Notes: generated by a model from the sequence alone, not told the origin. Numbered from the stretch's first letter, positions 30,540-39,766 are shown. The stretch is 59,487 nt of DNA from Deltaproteobacteria bacterium (GCA_025356865.1 JANXQJ010000085.1:1-59487); one strand, 5' to 3'. Made by a program: numbers and translations.

Positions 30540-31982
30540 ATGGCGTTCCGCGACCTTCGCGAATTCATGGCCGCGCTCGAGAAGCGTGGCGAACTGGTGA
30601 AAGTGACGACCTCCGTTTCATCCGAGCTCGAGGTGGCCGAGATCGCCGACCGGCTGGTGAAGACGGGCGGTCCCGCGGTGCTCTTCACCAACGTGAAGGG
30701 CGCGGCCGTGCCGCTCGCGATGAACCTGTTCGGCACGATGGAGCGGATGTGCTTCGCCCTCGGCGTGAAGAACCTCGACGAGATCGGCGCGCGGGTCAGC
30801 GACATCATCGAGCCCGAGATCCCGACCAGCTTCATGGACAAGCTCCGGATGTTGCCGAAGCTCGCCCAGATGGCCGATTTCCTCCCGAAGACCGTTTCCT
30901 CCGCCCCCTGCCAGGAGGTGGTCGAGAAGGATAACGCGTCGCTCGCCTTCCTGCCGATCGTCAAGACGTGGCCCGACGACGGCGGGCCGTTCATCACGCT
31001 GCCGGCGGTGTTCACGAAGGACCCGAAAACGGGCCGGCGCAATGTCGGGATGTACCGGATGCACGTCTACGACGAGCGGACCACCGGGATGCACTGGCAC
31101 ATCCACAAGGGAGGCGCCGACCATTACCGGGGGTTCAAGAAGGCGGCCGAGCGGATGCCGGTCGCGGTATCGCTGGGCGGCGACCCGGCGACGATGTACT
31201 CGGCGAGCGCGCCCGTCCCCCCCAACATCGACGAGATGATGTTCTCGGGCTTCCTGCGCCGGGAACCGGTCGAGATGGTGAAGTGCAAGACGATCGAGAT
31301 GGAGGTCCCCGCGCACGCCGAGATCATCCTCGAGGGGTACGTCGATCCGGGCGAACTCCGCACCGAGGGGCCGTTCGGCGACCACACCGGCTACTACTCG
31401 CTGGCCGACCAGTACCCCGTCTTTCACCTCACCTGCGTGACGCGCCGCAAGGATGCGATCTATCCGGCGACCATCGTGGGGAAACCGCCGATGGAGGATG
31501 TCTTCCTGGGGAAGGCGACCGAGCGGATCTTCCTGCCGCTGCTCCAGAAGGTGCTCCCCGAGGTGGTCGACATGAACCTGCCGATCGAGGGGATCTTCCA
31601 CAACTTCGTCTTCCTCTCGATCGACAAGAAGTACCCCGGACACGCCCGCAAGGTGATGAGCGCGGTGTGGGGGATGGGGCTCATGATGTTCTCGAAGTTC
31701 GTCGTGGTCTTCGACGCCGACGTCAAGATCCAGGATCTTTCCGAGGTGATCTGGCGGATCGGCAACAACGTCGACCCCAAGCGCGACACGATGATCGTCG
31801 AGGGGCCGGTCGACGCGCTCGAGCACGCCTCCCCGATCCCGCATTACGGCTCCAAGATGGGGATCGACGCGACGCGCAAGTGGGCTTCCGAAGGGTTCGC
31901 CCGCGAGTGGCCCGAGGACATCGCCATGCCGAAGGAAATCACCGACCTCGTCACGAAGCGCTGGAAGGAGTACGGGTTCTAG
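30540..31982 (+). CDS. ubiD: UbiD-family (prFMN-dependent) decarboxylase; quinone biosynthesis (UbiD or MqnL-type)
   Basis: 480-aa ORF with a UbiD N-terminus (FRDLREFMAALEKRGELVKV) and conserved blocks (NVGMYRMHV, GGDPA). Confidence 0.85.
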   Translation: MAFRDLREFMAALEKRGELVKVTTSVSSELEVAEIADRLVKTGGPAVLFTNVKGAAVPLAMNLFGTMERMCFALGVKNLDEIGARVSDIIEPEIPTSFMDKLRMLPKLAQMADFLPKTVSSAPCQEVVEKDNASLAFLPIVKTWPDDGGPFITLPAVFTKDPKTGRRNVGMYRMHVYDERTTGMHWHIHKGGADHYRGFKKAAERMPVAVSLGGDPATMYSASAPVPPNIDEMMFSGFLRREPVEMVKCKTIEMEVPAHAEIILEGYVDPGELRTEGPFGDHTGYYSLADQYPVFHLTCVTRRKDAIYPATIVGKPPMEDVFLGKATERIFLPLLQKVLPEVVDMNLPIEGIFHNFVFLSIDKKYPGHARKVMSAVWGMGLMMFSKFVVVFDADVKIQDLSEVIWRIGNNVDPKRDTMIVEGPVDALEHASPIPHYGSKMGIDATRKWASEGFAREWPEDIAMPKEITDLVTKRWKEYGF

Positions 31983-31985
31983 CCG

Positions 31986-32873
31986 ATGTTCCGCCGAATC
32001 GCCGTCTACATGGAGATGATCAAGATCGCGCACACGGTGTTCGCGCTGCCGTTCGCACTGATGGGGATGTTTCTTGCGGCGCGCGAGATCCATCGCCCCT
32101 GGGCGCTGCCGTCGCTCACCACGGTCGGCTGGATCATCCTCGCGATGGTCGGGGCCCGGAGCGCGGCGATGGGGTTCAACCGGATCGTCGACGCCGAAAT
32201 CGATGCGAAGAATCCGCGGACGAAGAGCCGGGCGATCCCGGCCGGACTGGTCGACCGCGGTTCGGCGACGAAGTTCACCTTCCTGTTCGCGGCGCTGCTG
32301 GTCTTTTCGGCCTACAAGCTCAACCCGGCGGGAAGTCGCGCCTTCCTCTGCCTCAAGCTCTCGCCCGTCCTGCTGCTCCTGCTCTTTTCCTATTCGTTCA
32401 TGAAGCGGTTCACCTGGGCGTGCCACCTCGTGCTGGGCGCATGCCTGGGCGCCGCGCCGCTCGCGGCCTGGATGGCGGTGACCGGCACCTTCGATCCGCG
32501 GATGCTCGTCTTTAGCTTCGCGGTCCTGTTCTGGGTGGCCGGCTTCGATATCTTCTACGCGTTGCAAGATGTCGAGTTCGACCACGCGATGGGTCTCCAT
32601 TCGATCCCGCGGCGGATCGGGGTCCGCCGGGCGCTCTGGACCGCGCGCGGATTCCACTTGTCGATGGCGGCGCTTTTGCTCGTGGGGTATCATGAGTTCG
32701 GGCTCGGCAACTGGTACCTGGCCGGCTGGGCATCGTGCGTCGCGACGCTCGTCTACGAGCACGCGATCGTCAAGGAAAACGACCTGTCCCGGATCGACAT
32801 GGCGTTTTTCAACCTCAACGGCTTGGTCAGTCTCGTCCTGGGGCTGTTCACCTGGCTCGACGTCGCGCTCTGA
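31986..32873 (+). CDS. ubiA: UbiA-family aromatic polyprenyltransferase
   Basis: 295-aa polytopic ORF with Asp-rich motifs (NRIVDAEIDAKNPRT, YALQDVEFD). Confidence 0.85.
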   Translation: MFRRIAVYMEMIKIAHTVFALPFALMGMFLAAREIHRPWALPSLTTVGWIILAMVGARSAAMGFNRIVDAEIDAKNPRTKSRAIPAGLVDRGSATKFTFLFAALLVFSAYKLNPAGSRAFLCLKLSPVLLLLLFSYSFMKRFTWACHLVLGACLGAAPLAAWMAVTGTFDPRMLVFSFAVLFWVAGFDIFYALQDVEFDHAMGLHSIPRRIGVRRALWTARGFHLSMAALLLVGYHEFGLGNWYLAGWASCVATLVYEHAIVKENDLSRIDMAFFNLNGLVSLVLGLFTWLDVAL

Positions 32874-32924
32874 AGGTTTTGCCGGGACGGTAAGATTCGC
32901 GAATCGAAAGGGGAAGGCGGCGCC

Positions 32925-33533
32925 TTGAGAATCCTGCTGGCGATATCCGGGGCAAGCGGCGCGCGCTACGGCGTCCGGACCGGCGAACTGCTGCTGGTGG
33001 CCGGCGTCGAACTGCACCTCCTCGTCACGCGGACCGCCTGGGAAATTCTCGCGACCGAATTGCCCGGGGCCGATCCGTTGCCGGAAGGTCTTTCCGCCCG
33101 CCAGGAATGGCTCGCCGCCCGGATGAAGTGCCACCCGTCCTCTTTCCGGCTCCACGCCGAACACGATTTCTCGATCCCGTTCGCCTCCGGTTCCAACCCG
33201 CCCGATGCGATGATCGTCGCTCCCTGCTCGATGGGAACCGCCGCCCGGATCGCCCACGGGCTTTCGTCCTCGGTCCTGCTGCGGTGCGCCGACGTCGCGA
33301 TCAAGGAGAAAAAACCGCTCGTCCTCGTTCCGCGCGAGATGCCGTTCTCGGCGATCCACCTCGAAAACCTGCTGGCGCTCTCTCGCGCCGGCGCCGACAT
33401 CCTGCCCGCCTGCCCCGGTTTCTACAACCGTCCGCAGACGGTGTCCGAGATGGTCGATTTCGTCGTGTCGCGCATCCTGTCCCGCGTCGGCATCGATGCG
33501 GGACTTCACGCAAAATGGGGTGAAACTCCCTAG
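32925..33533 (+). CDS. ubiX: Flavin prenyltransferase UbiX
   Basis: TTG start. UbiX pattern is present (RILLAISGASGARYG, VAPCSMGTAARIAHG, PLVLVPREMPFS). Confidence 0.88.
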   Translation: MRILLAISGASGARYGVRTGELLLVAGVELHLLVTRTAWEILATELPGADPLPEGLSARQEWLAARMKCHPSSFRLHAEHDFSIPFASGSNPPDAMIVAPCSMGTAARIAHGLSSSVLLRCADVAIKEKKPLVLVPREMPFSAIHLENLLALSRAGADILPACPGFYNRPQTVSEMVDFVVSRILSRVGIDAGLHAKWGETP

Positions 33534-33586
33534 CAAGTCGATGAACGGATGTATGATTGCCGTCAGTTCCCGGGAGGGTCGAACCG

Positions 33587-33943
33587 ATGAAGAAAATTCT
33601 TGTGGTGGACGACGAAGAGAACATCCGCGAACTGTACCGGGACGAGCTGGTCGAGCAGGGGTTCGAGGTCGAGGAGGCCGAAGACGGGTTCATGGCGCTC
33701 GAGAAACTAGACGTCTTCAAGCCCGATCTCGTGACGCTCGACGTCAAGATGCCCGGGATCGACGGCCTCGAGGTGCTCCGCCGCATCCGAGAAAAGGACG
33801 TCAACATCCCCGTGCTGCTGCTCACGGCGTTCGGCGAGTTCCGGCAGGACTTCAACACGTGGGCCTCCGACGCCTACATCGTCAAGTCGGCCAACCTCTC
33901 CGAACTCGTCGACACCGTCCACACGTTGCTGAGGACGCGATGA
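33587..33943 (+). CDS. Single-domain response regulator (CheY-like receiver)
   Basis: KKILVVDDEENIRE...PDLVTLDVKMPGIDG...LLLTA. GGGAGGG lies upstream of the ATG at 33587. The stop overlaps the next start (ATGA). Confidence 0.85.
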   Translation: MKKILVVDDEENIRELYRDELVEQGFEVEEAEDGFMALEKLDVFKPDLVTLDVKMPGIDGLEVLRRIREKDVNIPVLLLTAFGEFRQDFNTWASDAYIVKSANLSELVDTVHTLLRTR

Positions 33944-35019
33944 GCGTTTTCTCGATCCTGCGGCAGGCGCTCTTCGGGAAGCCGCCGCACGACGAAGATC
34001 CCAAGGAAGTGGCGCTGGCCGCAGCGCTTACGTCGGGCCTCTTCGAGGTCTCCGAAGCGATGAGCACGCGCGTCGACGACGTGCAGCGCAGTCTCGACCT
34101 GATCACCTCGGCAACCGCCTCGGTGCTGCGGGTCGAACGGTGCATCCTCCTGCTGAAAGCCCCGGGCGAAGAGATGCTGGTGGTCCGGGCGCTGGCCGGC
34201 ATGCCGCGCGGCAAGGGATTCGACAAATACCGGCAGGAGATGCACGACAACATCTTCGCGCAGATCATCTCGAGCGGGCAGGGGCTGATCGTCTCCGAAA
34301 GCCAGATGGGGATCGACCGGAAACTGCTGCGGCTGATGCACCGGGTCGGCGTCAAGGGGTTCATCGCGGCGCCCGTGCGGGGGCCTTCGGGCGTGCTCGG
34401 CGTCCTCGGTGCCGCAACGCCGATGGACGGCCGCTCCCCGGGCGACACCGATCTCAAGCTGCTTTCGGTCATGGCCAACTTCGCCGGCGTCGCCCTCGAA
34501 AACGCCAAGATGGTGACCAAGCTCGACCGGAAGGCGCGCAAGCTGGCAGCCATCTTCGCGATCAGCAAGGCGCTCAACGAGGAAAAGGACCCGTCCGTCC
34601 TGTTCCAGCTCATCGTCGACCGGGCGACCGAGCTGATGGGCGCTTCGTCCGGTTCGATGATCCTGGTCGACCGCGACACGGGCGTCTTGCGGATCGAGGC
34701 CGAACAGGGGCTCGGCGAGTCGGTCAAGTCCGAGATCCGGCTCCGGATCGGCGAGGGGATCACCGGCTACGTGGCGCAGGAAGGGGTCCCGATCCTGGTC
34801 ACCGACGTGCGAAGCGACGACCGGTACGTCGAGGCCAATCCCAACGTGCGCTCCGAGATGGCGGTGCCGATCAAGTGGGGGGCCGAGGTGGTGGGCGTCA
34901 TCAATCTCGACCATTACGCGGTCGACGCGTTTTCCGACGAGGATCTCGAACTGCTCAACGCGTTCGGCAACGTCGCGGCCGTGGCGCTTCGAAACGCCGA
35001 CATCCTGGGCGGGAAGTAA
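33940..35019 (+). CDS. Tandem GAF-domain protein without a recognisable output domain
   Basis: 359-aa ORF with two GAF-like halves; the second ends in the typical ...GEGITGYVAQEGVPILVTDV...SEMAVPIKWGAEVVGVINLD. Confidence 0.7.
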   Translation: MSVFSILRQALFGKPPHDEDPKEVALAAALTSGLFEVSEAMSTRVDDVQRSLDLITSATASVLRVERCILLLKAPGEEMLVVRALAGMPRGKGFDKYRQEMHDNIFAQIISSGQGLIVSESQMGIDRKLLRLMHRVGVKGFIAAPVRGPSGVLGVLGAATPMDGRSPGDTDLKLLSVMANFAGVALENAKMVTKLDRKARKLAAIFAISKALNEEKDPSVLFQLIVDRATELMGASSGSMILVDRDTGVLRIEAEQGLGESVKSEIRLRIGEGITGYVAQEGVPILVTDVRSDDRYVEANPNVRSEMAVPIKWGAEVVGVINLDHYAVDAFSDEDLELLNAFGNVAAVALRNADILGGK

Positions 35020-35042
35020 CCCGGGACCGGGCTGGCTGCCAG

Positions 35043-35186
35043 CTAGCCCGCATTTCTCACCACGCTCCTGCTACGTCGGCGGATCCGGGCGTGTCTACTG
35101 CGTTCCGCTCGATCGGGCTCCTCGACGTAGTGTCAACTACGGCTGCGCCGCCAAAGCGACGAAGCGTGGTGAGAAATGCGGGCTAG
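35043..35186. repeat. 144-nt structured intergenic element with perfect 23-bp terminal inverted repeats (copy 1)
   Basis: CTAGCCCGCATTTCTCACCACGC at 35043-35065 is the exact reverse complement of 35164-35186. An internal inverted repeat pairs ctacgtcg with cgacgtag. The first 99 nt are identical to 59349-59447. Confidence 0.85.
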
Positions 35187-35617
35187 AGCCGCCCCGCGTT
35201 ATTGTATTTTTTCGGCCGGTGGCACGCCGGCGTGCACGACCCGCCCTTCTCCGTCACCGTCACCTTGATCTTGGGCCCGTAGACGATCTTCCCGGTCGCT
35301 TCGTCCCACGCGTGGCACACCCCGCAGTTGACGCCGTCGGGCTGCCGGTAGACGTGCAGCCCGTGCAGGTTCTTGCCCATCGTCACGTCGCGCCAGTTGG
35401 TGTCGACGTTGAAGTCCTCTTCCTCGAAGACCACGCGCGGATGGCAGGGGATGCAGGCGGCATACTTTTCCGGCAGGAAGGTCAGGAACTCGCCCTGGGG
35501 CAGGTGGCGGAAGGCGTCGCGGTGGTCGACCGCGGGCGGGAGCTCCGTCGCCGAAAAGGCCGTGGCGGCCAGTGCGAGGACGGCGAGCGTGATGTGGGCG
35601 AGCCGGGATTTCCGCAT
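35183..35617 (-). CDS. Small periplasmic multihaem c-type cytochrome
   Basis: Signal peptide (MRKSRLAHITLAVLALAATAFS). Two CXXCH motifs (CIPCH, CGVCH) plus one CX3CH (CTPACH). An alternative upstream ATG lies at 35653. Confidence 0.7.
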   Translation of the reverse strand: MRKSRLAHITLAVLALAATAFSATELPPAVDHRDAFRHLPQGEFLTFLPEKYAACIPCHPRVVFEEEDFNVDTNWRDVTMGKNLHGLHVYRQPDGVNCGVCHAWDEATGKIVYGPKIKVTVTEKGGSCTPACHRPKKYNNAGRL

Positions 35618-35658
35618 CGAAAAATCCGTATCCTTTTCCGTTTTATTTATCAATAATA

Positions 35659-36657
35659 ATGGAGCCGCACACCCTCAGGCAAGGCGAGGTTTCCCATTTG
35701 GAACGTTCCGTCCTGGTAGCCCGCCCGTTATGGCCCGCCCTGAACCAGGTCGCCGGACTTATCGGCGAGTCGGGTTACCGCGTCGAAAACGCGGCCTGCT
35801 GGTCGCGCCTGGTCGACCCCGACTTTCCCCTCGACGGCCTGGTCGGCGTCCTGCTCGGCGAGTACGGGAACACCGAAGAGGAAATCAGCCTGCTGCACCG
35901 TTTTCGCGCGCGCCGCGGCGCGTCGGGCGTGCCCGTCGTGCTGATGGGCGGCCGCAACGCCCGGCAAAAAGAGGGCGCCCTTCGCGAGGCGGGGGCCGAC
36001 CTCCTGCTGATGGCCGACGAGGCCGCCGGGACGCTTGCGAACCACGTGCTGCCGATATTGCGGCTCTCGGCGATGTACCGGTCGCTCGAACTCCGCACGC
36101 GCGACCTGCGCGACCGTGCAGGCGTCGACGACCTCACGGGGTTGCCGAACCGCCGCCAGTTCACGAACGACCTGCAACGAAACCTCGAGATGGCGCGACG
36201 CATCGGTCGCCCGCTCTCCTGCATCATCGTCGACATCGACGACTTCCGCAATGTCAACGAGCGTCACGGCCAACCTGCGGGCGACGCCGTCATCCGGCAG
36301 TTCGGCGAGACGCTCGACCGGGGGCGCCGTGCGTACGACGCGATGGCGCGACTGGGGGGCGACGAGTTCGCCTGGATCCTGGTCGATGCCGACCGCGAGC
36401 AGGCGCTCAACGCGGCGCAGCGGGTCCAGAGGTTGCTGACCCAGCGCGCCTACGACGGCGAGGGCGGTCCGATGACGGTGACCGCCACCTTCGGCGTGGC
36501 ATCGGCCGGCCCGGGCGTCGACCTTTCCGCCGACACACTTGTCGGCAACGCCGACAGGGCGCTATACTGGGGGAAAGAGAGCGGGAAGAACGTCATCCGC
36601 TTCTATCCGCCGAAAAGAGCCGTGAACGATGATACGTACCATCCTCACCTATCCTGA
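35659..36657 (+). CDS. Diguanylate cyclase (GGDEF) with a degenerate receiver-like N-terminal domain
   Basis: DDLTGLPNRRQF...IVDIDDFRNVNERHG...RLGGDEFAWIL...ADRALYWGKESGKN. The N-terminal domain is REC-shaped, but the phospho-Asp position reads VLLGEYG. Confidence 0.85.
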   Translation: MEPHTLRQGEVSHLERSVLVARPLWPALNQVAGLIGESGYRVENAACWSRLVDPDFPLDGLVGVLLGEYGNTEEEISLLHRFRARRGASGVPVVLMGGRNARQKEGALREAGADLLLMADEAAGTLANHVLPILRLSAMYRSLELRTRDLRDRAGVDDLTGLPNRRQFTNDLQRNLEMARRIGRPLSCIIVDIDDFRNVNERHGQPAGDAVIRQFGETLDRGRRAYDAMARLGGDEFAWILVDADREQALNAAQRVQRLLTQRAYDGEGGPMTVTATFGVASAGPGVDLSADTLVGNADRALYWGKESGKNVIRFYPPKRAVNDDTYHPHLS

Positions 36658-37093
36658 TCCGTTCCTCGAACGCAAATCCGATCCCGTCCCCTCGGTCGAC
36701 AACGGCATCAAGCGGCTGATCGAGGATATGTTCGAGACGATGTACGCCTCGAACGGCGTCGGCCTGGCGGCTCCCCAGATCGGCGTGGGGAAGCGCGTCA
36801 TCGTGGTCGACGTCTCGGCGGTCGAGAAGGAACATCCTCCGTTCGCGCTGGTCAATCCCGTGATCGTCGACCGGGCCGGCCGCGTCGAAGATTCGGAAGG
36901 ATGCCTGAGCGTTCCCGGCGTCGAAGGGATCGTCGCGCGGTCCGAAGAGATCGAGGTCACCGCAGTCGACGAGTCGGGCGACCCGGTCCGCTTCCGGGCC
37001 CGAAACTTCCTGGCCCGCGCCCTGCAGCACGAGATCGACCACCTCGAAGGCGTGCTCTTCATCAGCCGCCTTGCCGCGGATGCCACCCGCTAG
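36629..37093 (+). CDS. def: Peptide deformylase
   Basis: GVGLAAPQIG, EGCLSVPG and HEIDHLEG motifs are present. It overlaps the GGDEF gene tail by 29 nt. Confidence 0.92.
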   Translation: MIRTILTYPDPFLERKSDPVPSVDNGIKRLIEDMFETMYASNGVGLAAPQIGVGKRVIVVDVSAVEKEHPPFALVNPVIVDRAGRVEDSEGCLSVPGVEGIVARSEEIEVTAVDESGDPVRFRARNFLARALQHEIDHLEGVLFISRLAADATR

Positions 37094-38043
37094 TGTTTCT
37101 CTTCCAGCCGATCTTCAAGACGATCTTCATGGGCACGCCCGCGTTCGCGGTCCCCGCGCTCCGGGCGCTCGCGACCGCCGAGAACGTCACGCTCGTGGCG
37201 ACGAACCCCGACCGGCCCGCGGGCCGCGGCAACGTGCTGACGCCCCCAGCGGTCAAGGCCGAGGCCGAACGGCTGGGCATCCCCGTGTTCCAGCCCGAAA
37301 AGGCGCGTCACCCCGATGCGATCGCCCGGTTCGCCGATGAGAAGCCCGACCTGATCGTGGTCGCGGCCTACGGCCACATTCTTCCCAAGTCGATTCTCGA
37401 GATTCCGAAATACGGATGCATCAACGTCCACGCCTCGATATTGCCCCGTTACCGGGGCGCCGCGCCGATCAACTGGGCGGTCGCCCGGGGCGAGACGAAG
37501 ACCGGCGTCACGATCATGAAGATGGACGCCGGGATGGATACCGGCCCGATGCTCCTGGTCCGGGAACTGGCGATCGGCGACGACGACACGGCCGAGTCGA
37601 TCTACCCCCGGCTGGCCGAACTGGGTGCGAAGGCGCTGGTCGAAGCGCTCGAGATGCTCCACGACGGCAAGCTCGTCGAGACGCCCCAGGACGACGCGAT
37701 GGCGACGATGGCGCCGATGCTCAAGAAGGAGCACGGCCGGGTCGACTGGTCGATGTCGGCGCGCGACATCCGCAACCTCGTTCGCGGCCTGACGCCCTGG
37801 CCTTCCGTCACCGCGATGCAGGGCGGGAAAGGGCTCAAGCTGATCGGCGTGACCGTGGTCTCCGAAGCGGGCTCCACGGGTGTGCCGGGCACGATCGTTT
37901 CCGCAGGAAAAGAGGGCGTGGTCGTTGCCTGCGGGGGCGGTGCCCTTCGTCTCGATCTCGTCCAGCCCGAAGGCGGCAAGCCGATGCCGTCCGGCGCGTG
38001 GGCACTCGGCCGACAGTTGAAAGCAGGTGAACTTCTTGGGTAA
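37093..38043 (+). CDS. fmt: Methionyl-tRNA formyltransferase
   Basis: The GTG start overlaps the def stop (TAGTG). Fmt pattern is present (IFMGTPAFAVPAL, VVAAYGHILP, INVHASILPRYRGAAPI). Confidence 0.9.
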   Translation: MFLFQPIFKTIFMGTPAFAVPALRALATAENVTLVATNPDRPAGRGNVLTPPAVKAEAERLGIPVFQPEKARHPDAIARFADEKPDLIVVAAYGHILPKSILEIPKYGCINVHASILPRYRGAAPINWAVARGETKTGVTIMKMDAGMDTGPMLLVRELAIGDDDTAESIYPRLAELGAKALVEALEMLHDGKLVETPQDDAMATMAPMLKKEHGRVDWSMSARDIRNLVRGLTPWPSVTAMQGGKGLKLIGVTVVSEAGSTGVPGTIVSAGKEGVVVACGGGALRLDLVQPEGGKPMPSGAWALGRQLKAGELLG

Positions 38044-38223
38044 GGGACATGACCAGAACCAAAATCCCATCTCGCATCCCGTCTTCGGGCCGTCTTTCGC
38101 CGCGCCTCAGTCGCCAAATCCTCACCGTAGCTCTGCTACGCCTCCGGTTTGGCTCAATCGTTGCGCCAAAATCCGACCCAAATCCGAGCGCGATCTCGGG
38201 ATCCTGGTTCTGGGCATGTCCCT
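38043..38223. repeat. 181-nt element with 26-bp imperfect terminal inverted repeats that fills the fmt-rsmB intergenic gap
   Basis: AGGGACATGACCAGAACCAAAATCCC (38043-38068) matches the reverse complement of 38198-38223 (AGGGACATGCCCAGAACCAGGATCCC) at 23 of 26 positions. The motif CCAAA(A)TCC occurs four times inside. Confidence 0.8.
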
Positions 38224-39729
38224 ATGAGTGACAAACGGCCCGGCAGCAAGGACCCCCGGCAGCCGGGGAAAGTGCCGCGGCCTCCCGCATCCGGAAGGCC
38301 GGGCGCACCGCGGGGCGGGGCCGGAAGGCGCCCTGCGGCGGTGCAGCCGTTCAACCCCAATTCCCCGGGCTCGAAGCCGTCGAAGATGACGGTGCGCAGC
38401 GAGGCGATCCGCATCCTCGCGCGGGTCGACGGCGACGGCGGATTCGCAGACATCCTGATCGACCACGCGTTGCGGTCCGGCGCCTTTCCCGACATTCGCG
38501 ACCGCGCCTTGATGACCGAGCTCGTGATGGGGACGCTGCGGCGGCGGGGCACGCTCGACGCCGTCATCTCCCCCCACCTGTCGCGCACGCTCGAAAAGAC
38601 CGACCTGTCGGTCCGCAACGCCTTGCGCCTCGCGGTTTACCAGCTTCTCTACATGCGTGTGCCCGAGCGGGCGGCGCTCTTCGAGACGGTCGAGGCGGTC
38701 AAGTCGCTGCGCGGCGAGCAGGTCGCCGGCTTCGCAAACGGCGTGCTTCGGTCGGTCCTTCGCGACAACACCCGCGTTCATCTGCCCGAGGGTCCGTGGG
38801 CGGCCCGCGTCGGCGCCGAATGTTCCGCGCCCGAGGCGCTGGCCACCGCGCTGATGCGCTCGATGGGCGGGCCCGAGGCGTCGCTGTTCCTGGCCGAGGC
38901 GCTCGAGAAGCCGCCGTTCACGGTGCGCGCCAACCCGTTCTGCGTGACGGTCGGCGGGCTTGTCGCCCACCTGACCGATGCGGGGCGCGAGCCGTCGGTC
39001 TGCCGCTTCGCGCCCGACGGCATCAAGCTGGGCGCGCCGTCCGCAATCCACACCGACACCGATTTCCGGCAGGGGCGTTACCTCGTGATGGACGAGGGGG
39101 CGCAGTTGATCGCGCCGTTATTGTCCCCGCGCGAGGGCGACGCGATCCTCGACGCCTGCGCGGCGCCGGGGGGGAAGACGACCCACCTGGCGGCCTTGGC
39201 CGGCGGCAAGGCGAAGATCACGGCGACCGACCTGTCCGAAGCGCGCGTGGCCAAGCTGCGCCAGACGATCGAACGGCTCCAGGCGCCCGGCATCGAGACG
39301 TTCGTCCACGACTGGTCCGAAAGCACGCTCCTCTCCGCCGAGGGGCTCTTCGACAAGGCGCTGGTCGACGCCCCGTGCACGGGGATGGGGATCATCCGCC
39401 GGAATCCGGACGCAAAGTGGCACTTCAAGCCCGAAGACCCGGCCCGGATGGCGGAGTTACAGATCAACATCCTGCGCAACGTCTGGCCGACGCTCAAGCC
39501 CGGCGGCACGCTCCTTTACTGCACCTGCTCGCCGCTGCGCGAGGAAGACGAGGCGGTCGTCGAGCGGTTCGTCGACGACACGGGCGCGACGCGCGTCGGC
39601 CGCGGCGTGATCCTCGCCCGGGGCTGGCCCGGGCCGCACGAAGCGGTTTCCGAGGACGGGTACGTACGCCTCCTGCCGCACCGGCACGGCACCGACGGTT
39701 TCTTCGCCGCGCTCCTTCGAAAAGATTGA
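38224..39729 (+). CDS. rsmB: 16S rRNA (cytosine-C5)-methyltransferase RsmB/Sun with a basic Pro/Gly-rich N-terminal extension
   Basis: NusB-like N-domain followed by a SAM methyltransferase domain (DACAAPGGKTTHLA, DAPCTGMGIIRRNPD, YCTCS). The alternative start at 38386 (MTVRSEA) would remove the low-complexity extension. Confidence 0.85.
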   Translation: MSDKRPGSKDPRQPGKVPRPPASGRPGAPRGGAGRRPAAVQPFNPNSPGSKPSKMTVRSEAIRILARVDGDGGFADILIDHALRSGAFPDIRDRALMTELVMGTLRRRGTLDAVISPHLSRTLEKTDLSVRNALRLAVYQLLYMRVPERAALFETVEAVKSLRGEQVAGFANGVLRSVLRDNTRVHLPEGPWAARVGAECSAPEALATALMRSMGGPEASLFLAEALEKPPFTVRANPFCVTVGGLVAHLTDAGREPSVCRFAPDGIKLGAPSAIHTDTDFRQGRYLVMDEGAQLIAPLLSPREGDAILDACAAPGGKTTHLAALAGGKAKITATDLSEARVAKLRQTIERLQAPGIETFVHDWSESTLLSAEGLFDKALVDAPCTGMGIIRRNPDAKWHFKPEDPARMAELQINILRNVWPTLKPGGTLLYCTCSPLREEDEAVVERFVDDTGATRVGRGVILARGWPGPHEAVSEDGYVRLLPHRHGTDGFFAALLRKD

Positions 39730-39766
39730 CACGATCGGGGCCGCTTCCCGGCCACGCGAGGTCTGC

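Noticed and set aside
35020-35186. The palindromic element interpreted as a simple bidirectional rho-independent terminator.
   Set aside because: No T-run flanks either side of the stem. The stem-enclosed core is 98 nt with its own substructure, and an identical copy exists elsewhere. Reported as a repeat element instead.
38027-38231. Small ORFs (60-66 aa) inside the fmt-rsmB spacer.
   Set aside because: They lie entirely within the TIR element, have no ribosome-binding site, and have proline/serine-rich composition. The inverted-repeat structure explains the region better.
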